Assembly (NCBI GenBank): GCA_051362555.1
Contig: CM120644.1
Location: 6,766,954 to 6,830,953 of the forward strand
Length of the DNA: 64,000 bases
Reading direction: 5' to 3'
Origin: Lingula anatina
Taxonomy: Eukaryota; Animalia; Brachiopoda
This document shows, one piece after another, positions 25,896 through 38,314 of this stretch (position 1 is its first letter; each line of letters begins with the position of its first letter). The notes beneath the pieces were generated by a model. That model was given only the letters and a program-made list of their open reading frames with translations. It had not been told where the DNA came from and ran no database searches. A program made the translations under genes and the position numbers.

Positions 25896-27435
25896 TTACT
25901 TTGCAGTAGGTAAAATTTTTCCAGCATGATAAATTTCTTGAATATTTGCATATTCCTTCAAGTGAAAAAACAATGTCACTTGCTGTTTGAAGGGATGATG
26001 GCACTCTATGAGTAAGGAGAACAACATTTTCAAATAGCTTGCCACATATTTGTTGGCTCTTGGTTTTAATATGGAACTTACAGGTGTTATTTAAGGATGC
26101 CTTGGATTAGATCATGATGAAAATGTGGCATAATTACAGAACATACAATTAATTTTGCCCCATCTTTGATGATTCTTGGATAGGTATTTTTCAAAGATGA
26201 TCATGTGTCTTCTCAAATCCAAAAAATATATTCCAAGTTCAGAGTGAATCAAGGGCAGAGGTGAAATGTTAGTTGCTGGTGGGCGGGCTCTAGATAACCC
26301 ATGTTTCATGTGACATTCATGTGCTGTGAATACTGTGCAGTATTTATATTAATAAATTAAAGTTTCAAACTTTCAATTTCTGCATTGGAATTCTTTTTTT
26401 TTTCTTTTTTTATTAGTAATGATTGTAATCTGACCAATTTTTAAGCTAGTGCAGAAATAGATAAAGTGAAACTTTGATATATTGATATGGACATTGGGGT
26501 GGAATCACTTTGGAATATTTGTGTCATCTTTTACTATTTCTTTGACTAATTTTTATTTGCTCTTTTTAATTGCACAATTTTGCTTGTAGTGCTTTTTATT
26601 GTTGTATTTAGCATTAATTTCTAGACAAGTAGATGAACAAATATTGATCATATGCTGTGTTTTATGTATGATTACAACCCATGTTCTTATATGGATGCAT
26701 TTCTGATAAAGTTATCATTATTGAACATGTGACATTTCAATATTTTTCTAATTTAAGATTGTCAGTAATTTGTCTTTAATACGGAAAAACTAAAAAGTGA
26801 ATAAAATGATCTATATAAAAAATGAAACCACTCAGATGCTTATTTGTAATTTTAAAATGTTTGTCATGCGTACTAGCTTTGTGGTATAATGTTTTTGTCA
26901 TGATTTCATATGTGTTCATGTTATCTTTTTCAGACTGAAGAAATTCGTCATGTAAATTCCAACCAATGTTTAGGTGCTCCACAGGAATCTGCCAAAGATT
27001 CACCGTCTATAGGTAAGATCTTGCAAGACAAGCTCAATCAGTGGATGTAAAGGATAAATGTTATGTAGCAAGTTTTTTCACCCCAATTTACAAATTTGAT
27101 GCATGTACATTAAAACAAGAAAAATTGACATCATGTATCGATTTTTTATCTTTAATTCAACTGAATGGGAAATAAGTATTCAACATTATTGAATTTGCCT
27201 CAGCTTCTTTCAAATTTACATTTCTCTGGTACTTGTAATGCTGGAAGTTGTGAATGATAAGTGTGATTTCCATTATTGATTATTAATTAACAGAGGTCAG
27301 ATGTCACTTTTTAAGCCCAATCTTTATTACCTCCTGAGTCGTCTTATTTCAGGTCCCTGCAGAGGAGATCAATCCCAGAAGTGGATAATGAGCGACATAG
27401 ACTGGAATAAAAATTTTGGTGACAAGCATCTATAG
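10608..27435 (+). CDS. GALNT1: Polypeptide N-acetylgalactosaminyltransferase, GALNT1/GALNT13-like; 13 coding exons per isoform, two alternative exon pairs; 591-593 aa
   Basis: Join 10608-10830, 12803-12971, 13486-13655, 14664-14768, 18352-18454, 18909-19079, 19438-19555, [20229-20409 or 21880-22060], 22934-23073, 23546-23644, [24877-25011 or 25223-25363], 26934-27012, 27353-27435. All introns are GT-AG and phases are consistent (1776 nt with the A exons). Motifs: N-terminal TM ([20 protein letters not shown]), [29 protein letters not shown] (DxH), WGGENLE, HVFRK, ricin-type lectin repeats. Symbol is family-level (GALNT1/13 co-ortholog). Confidence 0.95.
12803..12971 (+). CDS. GALNT1: GALNT exon 2 (stem)
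   Basis: TTCCAG| acceptor; GPGEMGKPV...[21 protein letters not shown]; GG|GTAAGT donor. Confidence 0.93.
13486..13655 (+). CDS. GALNT1: GALNT exon 3 (start of GT-A domain)
   Basis: [24 protein letters not shown]...[10 protein letters not shown]; phase 2 in, phase 1 out. Confidence 0.95.
14664..14768 (+). CDS. GALNT1: GALNT exon 4
   Basis: DFLGKKLE...[10 protein letters not shown]; poly-T CAG acceptor, AAG|GTGAAA donor. Confidence 0.93.
14790..14850. repeat. (GT)n microsatellite
   Basis: Pure GT run just downstream of GALNT exon 4. Confidence 0.97.
18135..18320 (+). mobile_element. Dispersed repeat fragment (possibly Kolobok-like DNA transposon end)
   Basis: Colinear with 37364-37547 (CATCT(G/A)TGGAGGTCACG, CAGAATAATTG, TTTCTGT..G.TGTTTAC); both end in TTTAA. 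Superfamily is inference. Confidence 0.6.
18352..18454 (+). CDS. GALNT1: GALNT exon 5 (DxH motif); not in ORF track
   Basis: [34 protein letters not shown]; CTCAG| acceptor, AA|GTAAGT donor. Confidence 0.95.
18909..19079 (+). CDS. GALNT1: GALNT exon 6
   Basis: [18 protein letters not shown]...[11 protein letters not shown]...; phase 2-2. Confidence 0.95.
19438..19555 (+). CDS. GALNT1: GALNT exon 7 (Gal/GalNAc-T motif); not in ORF track
   Basis: [39 protein letters not shown]; AGA|GTGAGT donor. Confidence 0.95.
20229..20409 (+). CDS. GALNT1: GALNT exon 8A (alternative catalytic-loop exon)
   Basis: 181 nt, phase 0-1; [60 protein letters not shown]. Confidence 0.93.
21066..21233 (-). mobile_element. 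CAGGGG-ended MITE with 5-bp TSD, between GALNT exons 8A and 8B
   Basis: CAGGGG...CCCCTG termini; CAAAG on both flanks; reverse-complement homolog of 46251-46417. Confidence 0.78.
21880..22060 (+). CDS. GALNT1: GALNT exon 8B (alternative catalytic-loop exon)
   Basis: 181 nt, phase 0-1; [60 protein letters not shown]. Confidence 0.9.
22934..23073 (+). CDS. GALNT1: GALNT exon 9 (end of catalytic domain and linker)
   Basis: [30 protein letters not shown]; GAG|GTAAGT donor. Confidence 0.95.
23546..23644 (+). CDS. GALNT1: GALNT exon 10 (lectin alpha repeat); not in ORF track
   Basis: [33 protein letters not shown]; 99 nt, phase 0-0. Confidence 0.94.
24877..25011 (+). CDS. GALNT1: GALNT exon 11A (lectin beta repeat, canonical)
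   Basis: 135 nt, phase 0-0; [45 protein letters not shown]. Confidence 0.93.
25223..25363 (+). CDS. GALNT1: GALNT exon 11B (alternative lectin beta repeat); not in ORF track
   Basis: Long pyrimidine tract and TTCTAG| acceptor; 141 nt open, phase 0-0; [47 protein letters not shown]; GAG|GTATTG donor. Confidence 0.88.
25840..25897. repeat. (TTTA)n microsatellite
   Basis: Direct reading. Confidence 0.95.
26934..27012 (+). CDS. GALNT1: GALNT exon 12 (lectin gamma repeat, first part)
   Basis: [26 protein letters not shown]; TTTCAG| acceptor, AG|GTAAGA donor. Confidence 0.9.
27353..27435 (+). CDS. GALNT1: GALNT last coding exon
   Basis: [27 protein letters not shown]; QxW motif; TAG 27433-27435. 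Confidence 0.9.
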
Positions 27436-30107
27436 TCTTAGCAGTTTCTAGTCTATTGCAAATTGGGGATTTTGTATAAAAACCTAATCAGGATAACAAA
27501 ACCATAATGGCAGCCATATTCAGTATGGTGGATAGCTTCTGGAGGGGGTCTACGCACATATAAATAAATGTACTTTTGTAATGGATCATGTACATGTGGT
27601 GTAAAAGTCTGGAAGAAGCATTGCTCGAACCTACCGTGTCCACAGCTCGAGTTTTAAGTAACTATCTCAGATGAGTTTTAATTGATTAATTAGGCACAAC
27701 AAATTAATGCCAGAGTAATTTACATCAGAAGGAACGTGGACTGGAAATCAGATAGCTAACATAAGATACAACTGTGATGGCACTGTGCTGTTGATATGGA
27801 GAAGTACAGTGTTTAGATACTAACGTGTGTTCCACATAACAGTTTTGGTGAAGGAACACCAAAGTAGTTAAATTAACATGTACCTTATGTAAGAAGATCA
27901 TAGATTGGACATTGAATTGGAAGTAATAGTCTTATCAGTTAATAATTGAAGAAATAATGGACCAAAGAAGCCCTGATGCAGATTCTTTCAAATGGTTATG
28001 AGTTTTAGATAGATTTTGCGTTGTATTTTGCTTATCGTGAAGCAAGTGTAGTAAGCATACATAAAATAAGCCAAGATGCAGTTTACAAAAAGATAGGCCT
28101 TATTGTGCTGCAACTTCTATGCAATATGTTTTAAAAAGTTGACGAGAAAACCAGTGAATTGTGGTCACCTGGTCATTCTGAGTTCAACCTAAAACATTCA
28201 CTAAATTTCAAATAATTTTTTGAATAATTTGAGACAATTTCCAAGCAAGTAATTTTTAGGTGCAACAATCAAACATGGAGAAGATACTGTTGCCACAGTC
28301 TCATGAAAAGGATTAGTGAACTGCATTTATTGGTGCATTCAAGGTAGAAATGAAAACTGATTCTCCATGCATTTGTGTCCTTAATATCTCTACCTGCATG
28401 AACCATGGATAAATTTTACTGACCCACTTTGTAAACAAGTTGCTAAATTTCTTTATTCCACTTGAAGTTAATATCATGGAAACTTTCATGCTTATAGCTT
28501 TAGTCCATTTTGACTAGGTTTTAAATAGGACTTAACTGAAACTGGAAGCAGCGGAGACTTGACCAGCTTGAAAACACATGGTTTAACTGAGAGCCAAGGC
28601 AAAAACCAACCAAATTCATCCCAATTTTACGAAATCCTGGGTAAAACGTTTCATGTTGATGGTGATAACAGTACACTATATAGAGTCAGATGTCTTTCAT
28701 TCAGAGTCAGTGATGTAGTATACAAGCTGTGAGATGTCTTTCACATAAGGTCATATTTGATATGGTGACTAGGGAAAGTGGTTCTCTATGATCTTAGGGG
28801 TAGGGTGTGATTCTTACCTTGAACATGACAACAAGAAGAATCATTCGTGACTTGGTGGTGGTGGGAATGGGGGTTGGGGGGGGGGGGGGGGGGGGGGTGC
28901 ACAGACCAGTGATTTTAATTGTTATCAATATTGTTATATTATACCCCAGTGGTGGTGGTGGGAACTGTAGGTTTTATACGGACTGTATATATATATTGAT
29001 ATAAATATTTATTAGCTCATCAGCTGTGGATATAAATGCCTGGGCCAGGGTGTTGAAGCTTGTTGATCATATATTAGAATTTATTAAATTGTATCATTGC
29101 TTACTCTCTTAACAACTAAGTGATTCATATTTTAAGTTACAGGCGTTTGTAAATGAGGGTGTATGAAGTGTTGTATTGATGGTAAGGTCATTCAGTTACC
29201 TTTTGTAGTTGTGTAGTACATGAGTTCATGCTGGCAAAGTGAAACAAGTACCGAACCAGTCTCTTTGATATCAGTATATAGCAATTTGAACCCCTTGGAG
29301 GACTTTCTCTCTTTCTAACAGAAACTTTTTGGGTTTTGTATGAAAAAAATGTTCAGAAACGGGGTTAAGTTACGGAAAGGGGGTTGCTTTTGTTCTATGT
29401 GAATGAACTATCTGAGTAAACTATTTGAAGGTCAAGTGTTGAGAACAGCAGCACTACTCAGTGAGGTGAGCACCTGCTGGACCAGTGACCTTCATAATGA
29501 AATGACATGACATTTGGTTGAACATTTTCAGTGTGATCTCACTTTAGCATAGAAAGTGATATTTGAACTAGTTGTTACAAAATGTACTGATTTGGGTATT
29601 AAAAGCAAGAAAGTTTTACTTAATGTACTTAGAAATGGCCAATACAAAACAAACAACCATGGTTGCAAATCGAATGAACCTTGCAGGAAAAGAAGTTACT
29701 TAATTAAGAAAATCCACAGGGAATAATAGGACATCTTTATGTTACCTGTCTCAATTTTATTATCTTTTTCCTAACAATGACCTTCTTTTGAAAAAGCACT
29801 CGAATATTGATATTTAGTATTAAATTATAAATTGTAATATTATAATTTTACACATTATAATGATTGCTGCAATATTTGCTTTGCAAAAGCCAAGATGTGA
29901 CAAATTTCAATGTAATGTTATGTTGTATGATAATGTTGAAAATGTTCATGGGGTTGGTGTTTATTTAATTTTATAATGAAGCAGATCATAGCATGCTTGT
30001 AGGTTATTTGTGGAACTGTGTTGGGGGGTATGCTGTTTATGTAATGTCAATAATTATGTAATTATTACTGAACTTAAGAAATGTATTTTCCATCCATGAT
30101 TTTAGAG

Positions 30108-30113
30108 AATAAA
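30108..30113 (+). terminator. Candidate distal polyadenylation signal of GALNT (would give a ~2.7 kb 3'UTR)
   Basis: AATAAA (overlapping repeat AATAAAATAAAA) with a GT/T-rich tract downstream (~30157-30170). A more proximal AATAAA exists near 27563, so usage is uncertain. Confidence 0.4.
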
Positions 30114-31506
30114 ATAAAATTTTGCATAAAATGAAATTTTGATCTTATCATAAAAATGGTTTTTGTGTTTCATATGCCTTTTGCTCTCAACATGCATCAA
30201 TGCTTTGAATGCTTGCAAAGAGGCTGTAGTGGTTTTAAATGCAAACAATTTTTAAAACCATTTATTAATTCTGAATCAGTATTCTTAGAGTCAATTGCAG
30301 ACCTTAATCAATCATCATGGAAAAACAGCATTTTAATGACATTACTGACTCAACAAACGCCTTGCAAAAATTGGTTTCAAGTATGTCAAAATATACTTGA
30401 AAATCGGCATAAAATTTAAGTACTCACTGATTTTCCACTTTATGCCTCTTTCCTAGGCAAGTTGTTTACAAGCAGGTATTTGTAAGTGCAAACTCACCAG
30501 TGCAAATGACTATACAAACAAAACTTAAATAAGAAAAGCAAATTCTCTTATTTACAGACACACAATCTTATGACTCCAACAACAGCAGTAACAGTTGAAA
30601 AAAATTGGGACATTTTTACCATTACAAAGCTTCTTTTTAACAAAAAATATTAAACAGTAACATGGGAATATAATAATTTGACTAAATAAAAGCATTCAGA
30701 TCACCTGGCATAGAACAACAGCATATGATCATGCTATATTAATAGGAAGATTATATTTTTAAATAATAATTCAGAAACCCAACTCTGGCAAGCAAGGCAT
30801 AATGCAGCGAAGTCTGGTATCACTTAATGCTGGAGACCTGTCCTGAAGTTCTTTGACAAGACATTCTACTCTATGTGAGACCTTTGGTTTAAAAAGTGGG
30901 TTTAGTGGGGGGTGGGAGTTCTCATATGGGACCATCCTAAAAACCAATGTCAGAACTTGCCATAGGCATATTCTGATAGATAACAATTTGTCAGCTTGTG
31001 TCAGAAAAGATTTGGTATTTACACACACACTTACAATACTCCAAAGAGCCTCTTGAACATGGAAAATGATCGAGTTCAGCATGTCCATTTATTTGGCATT
31101 TTACCCTTAAAAATGGGAAGCTAGTCAACTTAGCAAAAAATGCTCCAATTCACTGAATATTATGAAATGCATCTTATTTATATTGACTTATACTTCGGTT
31201 TCCTTAGTTTATTTTCACATACTTTCTGAGACCAAAACCCTCCAAAATGTAATATCTCTCTCCACTTCTCCATTTCCTATTTTTTCCATCCTAAACTGTA
31301 TTTCTTTTTATAGAATGGCAAGTTCTTTTTATTCTTCACTGGAAAAGAACACTCATCTGGTATGATACATACCAAGCATCCCTGAACTTAGCCACTTAAC
31401 TATGCCTTACATGAATCGCCCATCAAAATCTACTCCACCCGAAAATTCAATTTTACAACCAGCGAAAGACATCTTTTTTTTTTTTATCTCATGGAACTCC
31501 AGCATG

Positions 31507-34500
31507 TTATGTCAACTTTTTCACTCTCTTATCACTGCTTTTAATCCTGTGTGTTGCACCCTCCACCATGTGCGACATTTCCTCAATATTCTCATTCTGT
31601 CTGTCAGCCTCATAGCCGATATCTGCGGCCATAGTCTTCATGGTACTCACAGCAGAACTGAGCTCATCCAGCTCCTCGTCTGTGATGAGATAAGATTGTG
31701 TTAGTTGTGCCTGTGGTTGAGACTGTGATTGCATTTTCTCTGACATGGAGGGGTAAGGGCTGGAGGGAGGGGTGGTGAAAACATCCTCGTCTATTCGGTC
31801 TTCCAGCTTGATATGCTGATCCTCACCTGTAAGAAAAAAAGATAATGTAAGTCGTCTAGTTTACTTTCAAGTTTTTGAACTGAATTTTTAAGAAATACTG
31901 TTAAAATCATGTAAAAAAAATCAAGTGCTTAGATCATATCAATCCTTCACATTTGAAAGTATAAAAACAATGCAAGAACAGGTCTAAATATTATCCTTAA
32001 AAATCTACTGGCCTTTCATCTGAAGTCATAGCCAGGGTATAAAGCTCTTAGACATTTACTTATTTAGAATAAAAACTTAGTCTTTATTTGCTGGTTTATT
32101 TCTTTGTTTACTTTTTAGTATACATGGCCTACGGGTCCCTCCTAACAACGAAATTTATTTTAACCAAAGATTTATACAAAAACATATCATTACCACAAGA
32201 TTTCCTCTGCCATTTCTCCAAAGTCGGAGGTCCTTCATACTCCATCTTTGACCTGTATTTGGCTTCCAGCACCTGGTCAATTCAAAAGTCATGAAATCAT
32301 GTGTAAAATATGATGATTAACAAGGAGGAACGGCAAAGCATGGACATTTTTTGCTTCACGGAGCAATTTTTTTCACTTTTCTCTGTTAGTTTGTTTCTTT
32401 TTAAGACATGTCTTTTAATAGATTACTAAATAAATCTTCTTCCAAATTTAAATCTTTAAACAAACCTAAAAAAAAATCAAAAGCAGTCTTTCTAAAAGCG
32501 ATATTGTCTTGTCAGTTGCCTAATTTCCACCTTGGAGTAAATAAGCCACAGAAAAAAAAAAAAGGAGTATTTCTCCTAACCTCACCTTTAATATTTGCAC
32601 CATCTTAGTGGACATAATTCTGTACTTGACATCAGGTTGTCCTGTCATAAACTTTGAGATTACTATTTCCCACGGGGTGGTGACCTTCACCTTTGACACG
32701 TCCTTGACCCCATAGAACTGCACAATGGCATTCAGCTGATCCTAGAAAATGAGGAAAGTTCAGGAATCTTAACTTGATTATATAAACTACTTTGCTTTTT
32801 GAATTGCAACAGATGTGAACTTAGAATTAAAAAAAAAAACTGACATCTTTTTTTTTTTAATATGCACACTGATAACTTCAAAGAAATACTACTGTCACAA
32901 TTTTTCTTTCAATATTACTTTCAGAAAATTGAAAAAAATCAAGTGGTTCATTCATTTACTCTTAAAATCATGCACCCTAAAGGAAATTAAAAACAGTCTT
33001 AACGACTCTCACCCACCTTAATTATCAGTCCTTCGGGGGAGATCTCAAAAACACCCTGTTGCCAGGTGTTCTCATGCTTACGAGAGAATTTCTGAAACAA
33101 CACAGGGTACTCCTGTATTTTTGGGATGTCCCCTGGAGAAAGAACCACATGAGCCTCAGCGGGGACATTGACGGAGGCGCTCCACTTTCCAAGCCATGAT
33201 TCCAGGCCGGATATGATATTCTCTGTGACATCCAGGTCAGCATGGATGTCAAAGGTCGTTGCCATGGTAGCATCCAATTGCTCCCCCTGGTGGTGTAGCT
33301 GTGTTGCAGCCTTTTGTAAGGTTTTCTCAGAGTCAGCTGTTATCTATAAAATAAACAGAACACAGGAATTAAAGCACAAGTATGTTAAATTTGTATTTTC
33401 TTCCATGTTCTCTGGATCTGGATCAGCAAAGATAACAAGAGCTCTGAAACTTCTGTGATCGGAAAGCTCAATTATTTCATGAAACTACACTTCTATCATG
33501 GTATTCAAATGATTCGGCTAAAGATTTATTTATCATTTGACAAGAAACAATCTTCAGATATCAGACAAGTTTGCCAAAACAATTAAAACCTAGCAATCCA
33601 CATGAAGGTTGGGATTTCAGACAGTAAAACTTTTTTCCCAGAAGATGAATTAGGAAATAATGTAAGGCATTTGACAAAGTTTTCGAATTAAAAATATCAG
33701 ACAGAGATTTATGTATGTATGTAAATTGTTTCATGAGCAAAAGATGCTGTATATAAATGGACGTGGACAGGCCAACAACTTATAACAATAAATAAATGAA
33801 ATCCAAATTAATTAATTTGTATAACCTTCAGTAGTTCCTGTCCTTTCTGTGTCTTGCCTTTACTTCCTTTCTTTCTGTCATGTTTTTTCGACGCCAGTCT
33901 CTCTTTCCAAAAATGCTCCAGCATGACGTAGGCTCCGTCCCGATTGGGCAGTGCAGAGAACCAGTGCTGGTCATTCTTGACCGCTATTATCAGGGCAGCA
34001 TAGACGAACATGGACGATCCTTTACAGATCTGGAAGATTGAATCAAATGGGATCTGCACCTGAAAATAAAATTTCTTATTTCTAATAAAAATAGTGCATA
34101 ACACAACATTTCTTCACTAAATTTGTTTTACCAAAAAAAATCTATTTTTTTTTGTTTGACCTGACCCTACACTTGGATTCAATGTTTTGTCCCATTTTTA
34201 ATTAAATAGCTTAGTTCTACATGAACCATGTTTCATTTACACTTCCAGGTCTTCCTGACATTTCAAAAGGAAATACTGAGAACAAGTAATTGTATTTGAG
34301 GAGTTTTACCATCTGAATTGGAAAACATTATTACCTTTGTGGAATATTAATACAAACATAGCTGACAAATAAATATGAAGCAGATATTAACAAAGACCAT
34401 GTTCTCCTTGTAAAGACGCCTGCTGAACCATTTACAGATCAGCTAGTCTTCATCAGGAGAACACAACAGCATCACATTTACAGTTATCATCTAAAGATTT

Positions 34501-36425
34501 TGTGAGCTACTGAGTTCTACAATTTAATTCCAAAAAAAAACAAGGCAGCAAAGCTGTCAAATGTACAGACAAAAAACAGGAAATAACTATGCACAAAATA
34601 GGCTACTGTCAATTCTGATGCAAAAGTACATTATGTTAAACTGCAAATTCAACATCAAATTTTAATTATGCTCAACAGGTAATACCAATGTAAGTAAAAT
34701 GTGTAACAAGCATAAGGCTTCAGGCCCATGGGAGTTCAAGTTCACACTTTGAAAATGTATAACTTCCAGAAAAAGAAGCCAATTAGACTGCTTTTCCAAC
34801 TCAGGCTGCATTTTAGTCCTGTATTTCTTTTTTGAAAGTATGGCAATTATAAGTAACACGGTTTTCCCATAATGGTCATCATGGCAGCAGCACCCAAAAT
34901 TGTGTTTTCTTCTATTCTGATGCAATATTACATAATGGTTAACAGCATAATGACCGTCAATTTTTAATAATAAAACATATGTATCATGGATTTTCAGAAA
35001 ATGTGACTAGCATGGGTCTTCAAGCCCGTGGAACTTCAAAATCACACCTTGAAAATGCCAATATGTGAAAAATTAAATTTTCACAAAAAAACTGTTAACT
35101 GGCAGTAAGAATTACCAAACAGCCAAAAAGTAAAACTGCCTTCCACTTATCCCACATACAATGAAAGTGCACAGCGCCGGCGACAGCGACTGCGATGACA
35201 GACGTAGGTGATGGCAATATGTACAGACACATCTGTACATATTTACTGTACTATTTGAGAACAGTAAGTCACATGGTTTTTCTTAAATGGTCATCATGGG
35301 AGCAGTGCCCAAAATAGGTTTTTTTCAAATTTTGATGCAATATTACATAATGTTTAACAGCATAATGACCATCAATTTTTAAAAATAAAATATTAGTATC
35401 ATGGATATTCAGAAAATGTGACTAGCAAAGGTCTTCAGGCCCATGGAACTTCAAAGTCACAACTTGAAAATGCCAAAATGTAAGCAAGACCGCACTGTTC
35501 TGAAATGTTTTTTTCCCATTTTTAACAATTTTTAACATAAAACAAAATCAACAGTGTACTGCCATTTTTATATGATCAACTAAGAAAATTGATGAGATGG
35601 GAAAAATATCAATAGAGCAGTGTTAAATGTCCAATTTCTTCCATTCTGAGATTCTGAACATAGTGAATGATTGAATCTGACAAACTGCAATGATATAAGT
35701 TTATTTCCATTTTTGAAACTTTATTACACAATACACGATAACAAGTTTACCATCATTTTAACAACATCAACTAACAATGTTGTTAAGATGCAGGAAATGT
35801 CAAACAAACACTTTCACGTATCTTATTAATTAAATAATGAAACTGTTAACATGCCTAAGAATTGAATCTGAGGAAATGTGAAAAAACAGCATAACTTCTA
35901 AAATAATGGCCCGATTATGCTGATTTTTTAACTCAACCTGCGTTTTAGCAGGATTGATCACTCCTGTGAGTTTAATGACAATTGGCCTGTCTGTTTTTCT
36001 TATATTGTGTTTACAGTGTTGCATATATGCTGAAAAGTGGAAAAAAAAGCATAACTACTAAAATAGTGGCCCGATCATGCCGATTTTCGAACTTGACCTG
36101 CGTTTTAGTAAGATCGATTACTCCTGTGAGTTTCATGACAACAGGCCTATCGGTTTTCCTTGAAATGTGTTTACAGTGTTGCAAACATGCTGAAAAGTGA
36201 AAAAAACAGCATAATTTCTACAATAATGGCCCGATCATGCTGATTTTCGAACTTGACCTGCGTTTTATGAATATTCATCAGCTCTGTAAATATAAAGCCA
36301 AAAAGAAAAACTGCCTTCCACTTATCGTGTTTACAAGGAAAGTGCACGGCGACGGCGACGGCAACGACGGCGACGACAGACACAGGTGATGGCAATATGT
36401 ACAGACACATCTGTGTCTGTACATA

Positions 36426-36460
<35 letters not shown>

Positions 36461-38314
36461 CCAACTGCAAGCCCAATGACTAAGCTTCAAACAATTACAT
36501 GTCATTTTCATGAGAATAAATATCTGCTTCAAAAGACCACATTTAATCTTTCTATATCGATATATGTGTATCTGGGAATTGTGAGGGTCATTTCAAAAGC
36601 CTTTTGTCTCACTGATTTTAAAAATAGGGGTCATTATTTTTTTTTTTCTTTTTTCATGAAAATGTGTCAAATAATTCCAAGCCATGCTTTCAAATAAACC
36701 CAGGAACATATTGTGCTATCTGTAATCACACAAGCCATTCCATTAATTATTCACCACCATACAAGATGTTAGCATCAATACAATATGTGCACAATCACTT
36801 ATTGCATATTATTTTTTGTATATGACTTTGAATGATCATTTCTGCTCAAACACAAGACAGGAGATTCACCAAATATCAATGGTAATACTGCTATCTAAGG
36901 CTTGGGGCATCTTCAATCATTGCACATTTCTTTCTTATTCCCATTTTTCTCTGAATGTTCATTTCTGGTAGAGGAAAAAAACAGAAAAGATTCGACAAAC
37001 ATCCTTGTAAGGAATGCCATCTCATGCCTGGAGCATCTTCAAAGTTTTACTCTTAATGTTTTTTTTTCTGCTAAATAAAAAAGACAAGATTCAAGAAATA
37101 TCACTGTAAAGAGATCTATATATAAGATTGATGCCTGCAGCCTGAAGATACTTTAAATGTGCAGCTGATGTCCAGTGTGATGGATGTGCTGTTATTATCT
37201 CTCCCTTTACTTAATAGGATAACAACTGTTCATTTTGGCCAAAAAATTAACTTTCCTCAGGTAAACGACAATTTTCCCTATATTTACCAATGGTTAATGA
37301 ATCCATTTTTACATTCAAAGCTATTCCCTTTTTTTTTTTTTTTTTTTTTGAATAATCTTTTATGAGAGTATTACAGAGTATAGCCATCTATGGAGGTCAC
37401 GTAATCCAATTACAAGTACAGATTTCAGAATAATTGTTATAACTGCCGATTTTGTAGTAAAACAGAATATATTATATTTCTGTGAGCTGTTTACCATATT
37501 TTTACTGTAAAATACAGATCTCATACCAAGAGTTGTCATCCCTTTAACCTTACACTACTGAGAAAACAAATCCACTCATGACAATGATAAATCTGAGAAA
37601 CATATCAATGAACCAACATCACTGGTACCCACAAATAGAAACTCTCTTTTTAATTCAGGTAGGCAAAAGGGTGATTGTTGTAACATGACTTGTGCCTAGT
37701 CCTAGACTTGCTGTTTTAGATCAAATCTCATTGTTTGTGCTACTACCCTTTAAATGTGTTGTCACATGTAGAAAAGTCAATCATCTAGGGTTAAAATGGT
37801 ACTGATCACACTCTCTAGTAGTAGACTATTACAGATACTAGAAGGTTTTCCATCACCGAGTTGGATGTAATCAGATTTAAATTAGGTACCAAAATATCTC
37901 TTTGATAAGAAATATTATTTGTGACAAATATTCCCAATCAACTGATTTCAATGACTTTGTGTCAGGGTCACCAATCAGTTAAAGATGCCAAAATATTCTA
38001 AAGAAATATGGCAATCATGAAAGAAGCGCATGCTAATTACTAATAGTATGAAATTTATACGATGTATGGCAACTGAATGGCATACTCAGTACATAGTATA
38101 TAAGGGTCAATACCTGGATGAGCCGTTTGTTTTGTTTCTCATGATGAAAGATAATACAGTCATGGAACATGTAAAAGTTCCCATATATCCACCGCCTTTT
38201 CTTCTTATACCAGTAAGCAGCAGGCCACTTTACTATGCTGAAGACGTCGGGATTGCTCTGGGGTACCTCCCCTGGAGGAGGACCAAGGGGTTCAGCGGTG
38301 GTCACCTTCGCCAT
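31507..38314 (-). CDS. SNAP47: SNAP47-like Qbc-SNARE (PH/GRAM-like N-terminus, two SNARE coiled coils); 438 aa, 6 coding exons
   Basis: Join (minus) 38314-38114, 34059-33826, 33343-33017, 32741-32586, 32272-32194, 31826-31507; all GT-AG, 1317 nt in frame. N-term KWPAAYWYKKKRRWIYGNF...HWFSALPNRDGAYVMLEHFWKERL; SNARE1 DSEKTLQKAATQLHHQGEQLD; SNARE2 ELDELSSAVSTMKTMAADIGYEADRQNENIE; no TM or Cys cluster. Confidence 0.85.
34695..36420. repeat. Composite repeat in SNAP47 intron: duplicated ~190-bp blocks plus 160-bp tandem units and a GAC/GGC-rich tail (Helitron/Helentron-like non-autonomous element)
   Basis: 34872-35061 is similar to 35287-35477; GGCCCGAT at 35908, 36068 and 36228 (period 160); tail 35132-35236 is similar to 36307-36414. 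Classification is inference. Confidence 0.75.
37364..37547 (+). mobile_element. Second copy of the repeat at 18135-18320
   Basis: Same conserved blocks, ends ...ATCCCTTTAA. Confidence 0.6.

Noticed and set aside
26081-26135. CAG|GTG followed by a GCLGLD-like reading, a possible third lectin exon
   Set aside because: Stops in the relevant frames; no QxW and no donor.
35860-36280. Regularly spaced repeats resembling a CRISPR array
   Set aside because: Whole 160-bp units repeat with no unique spacers; eukaryotic intron; no cas genes.
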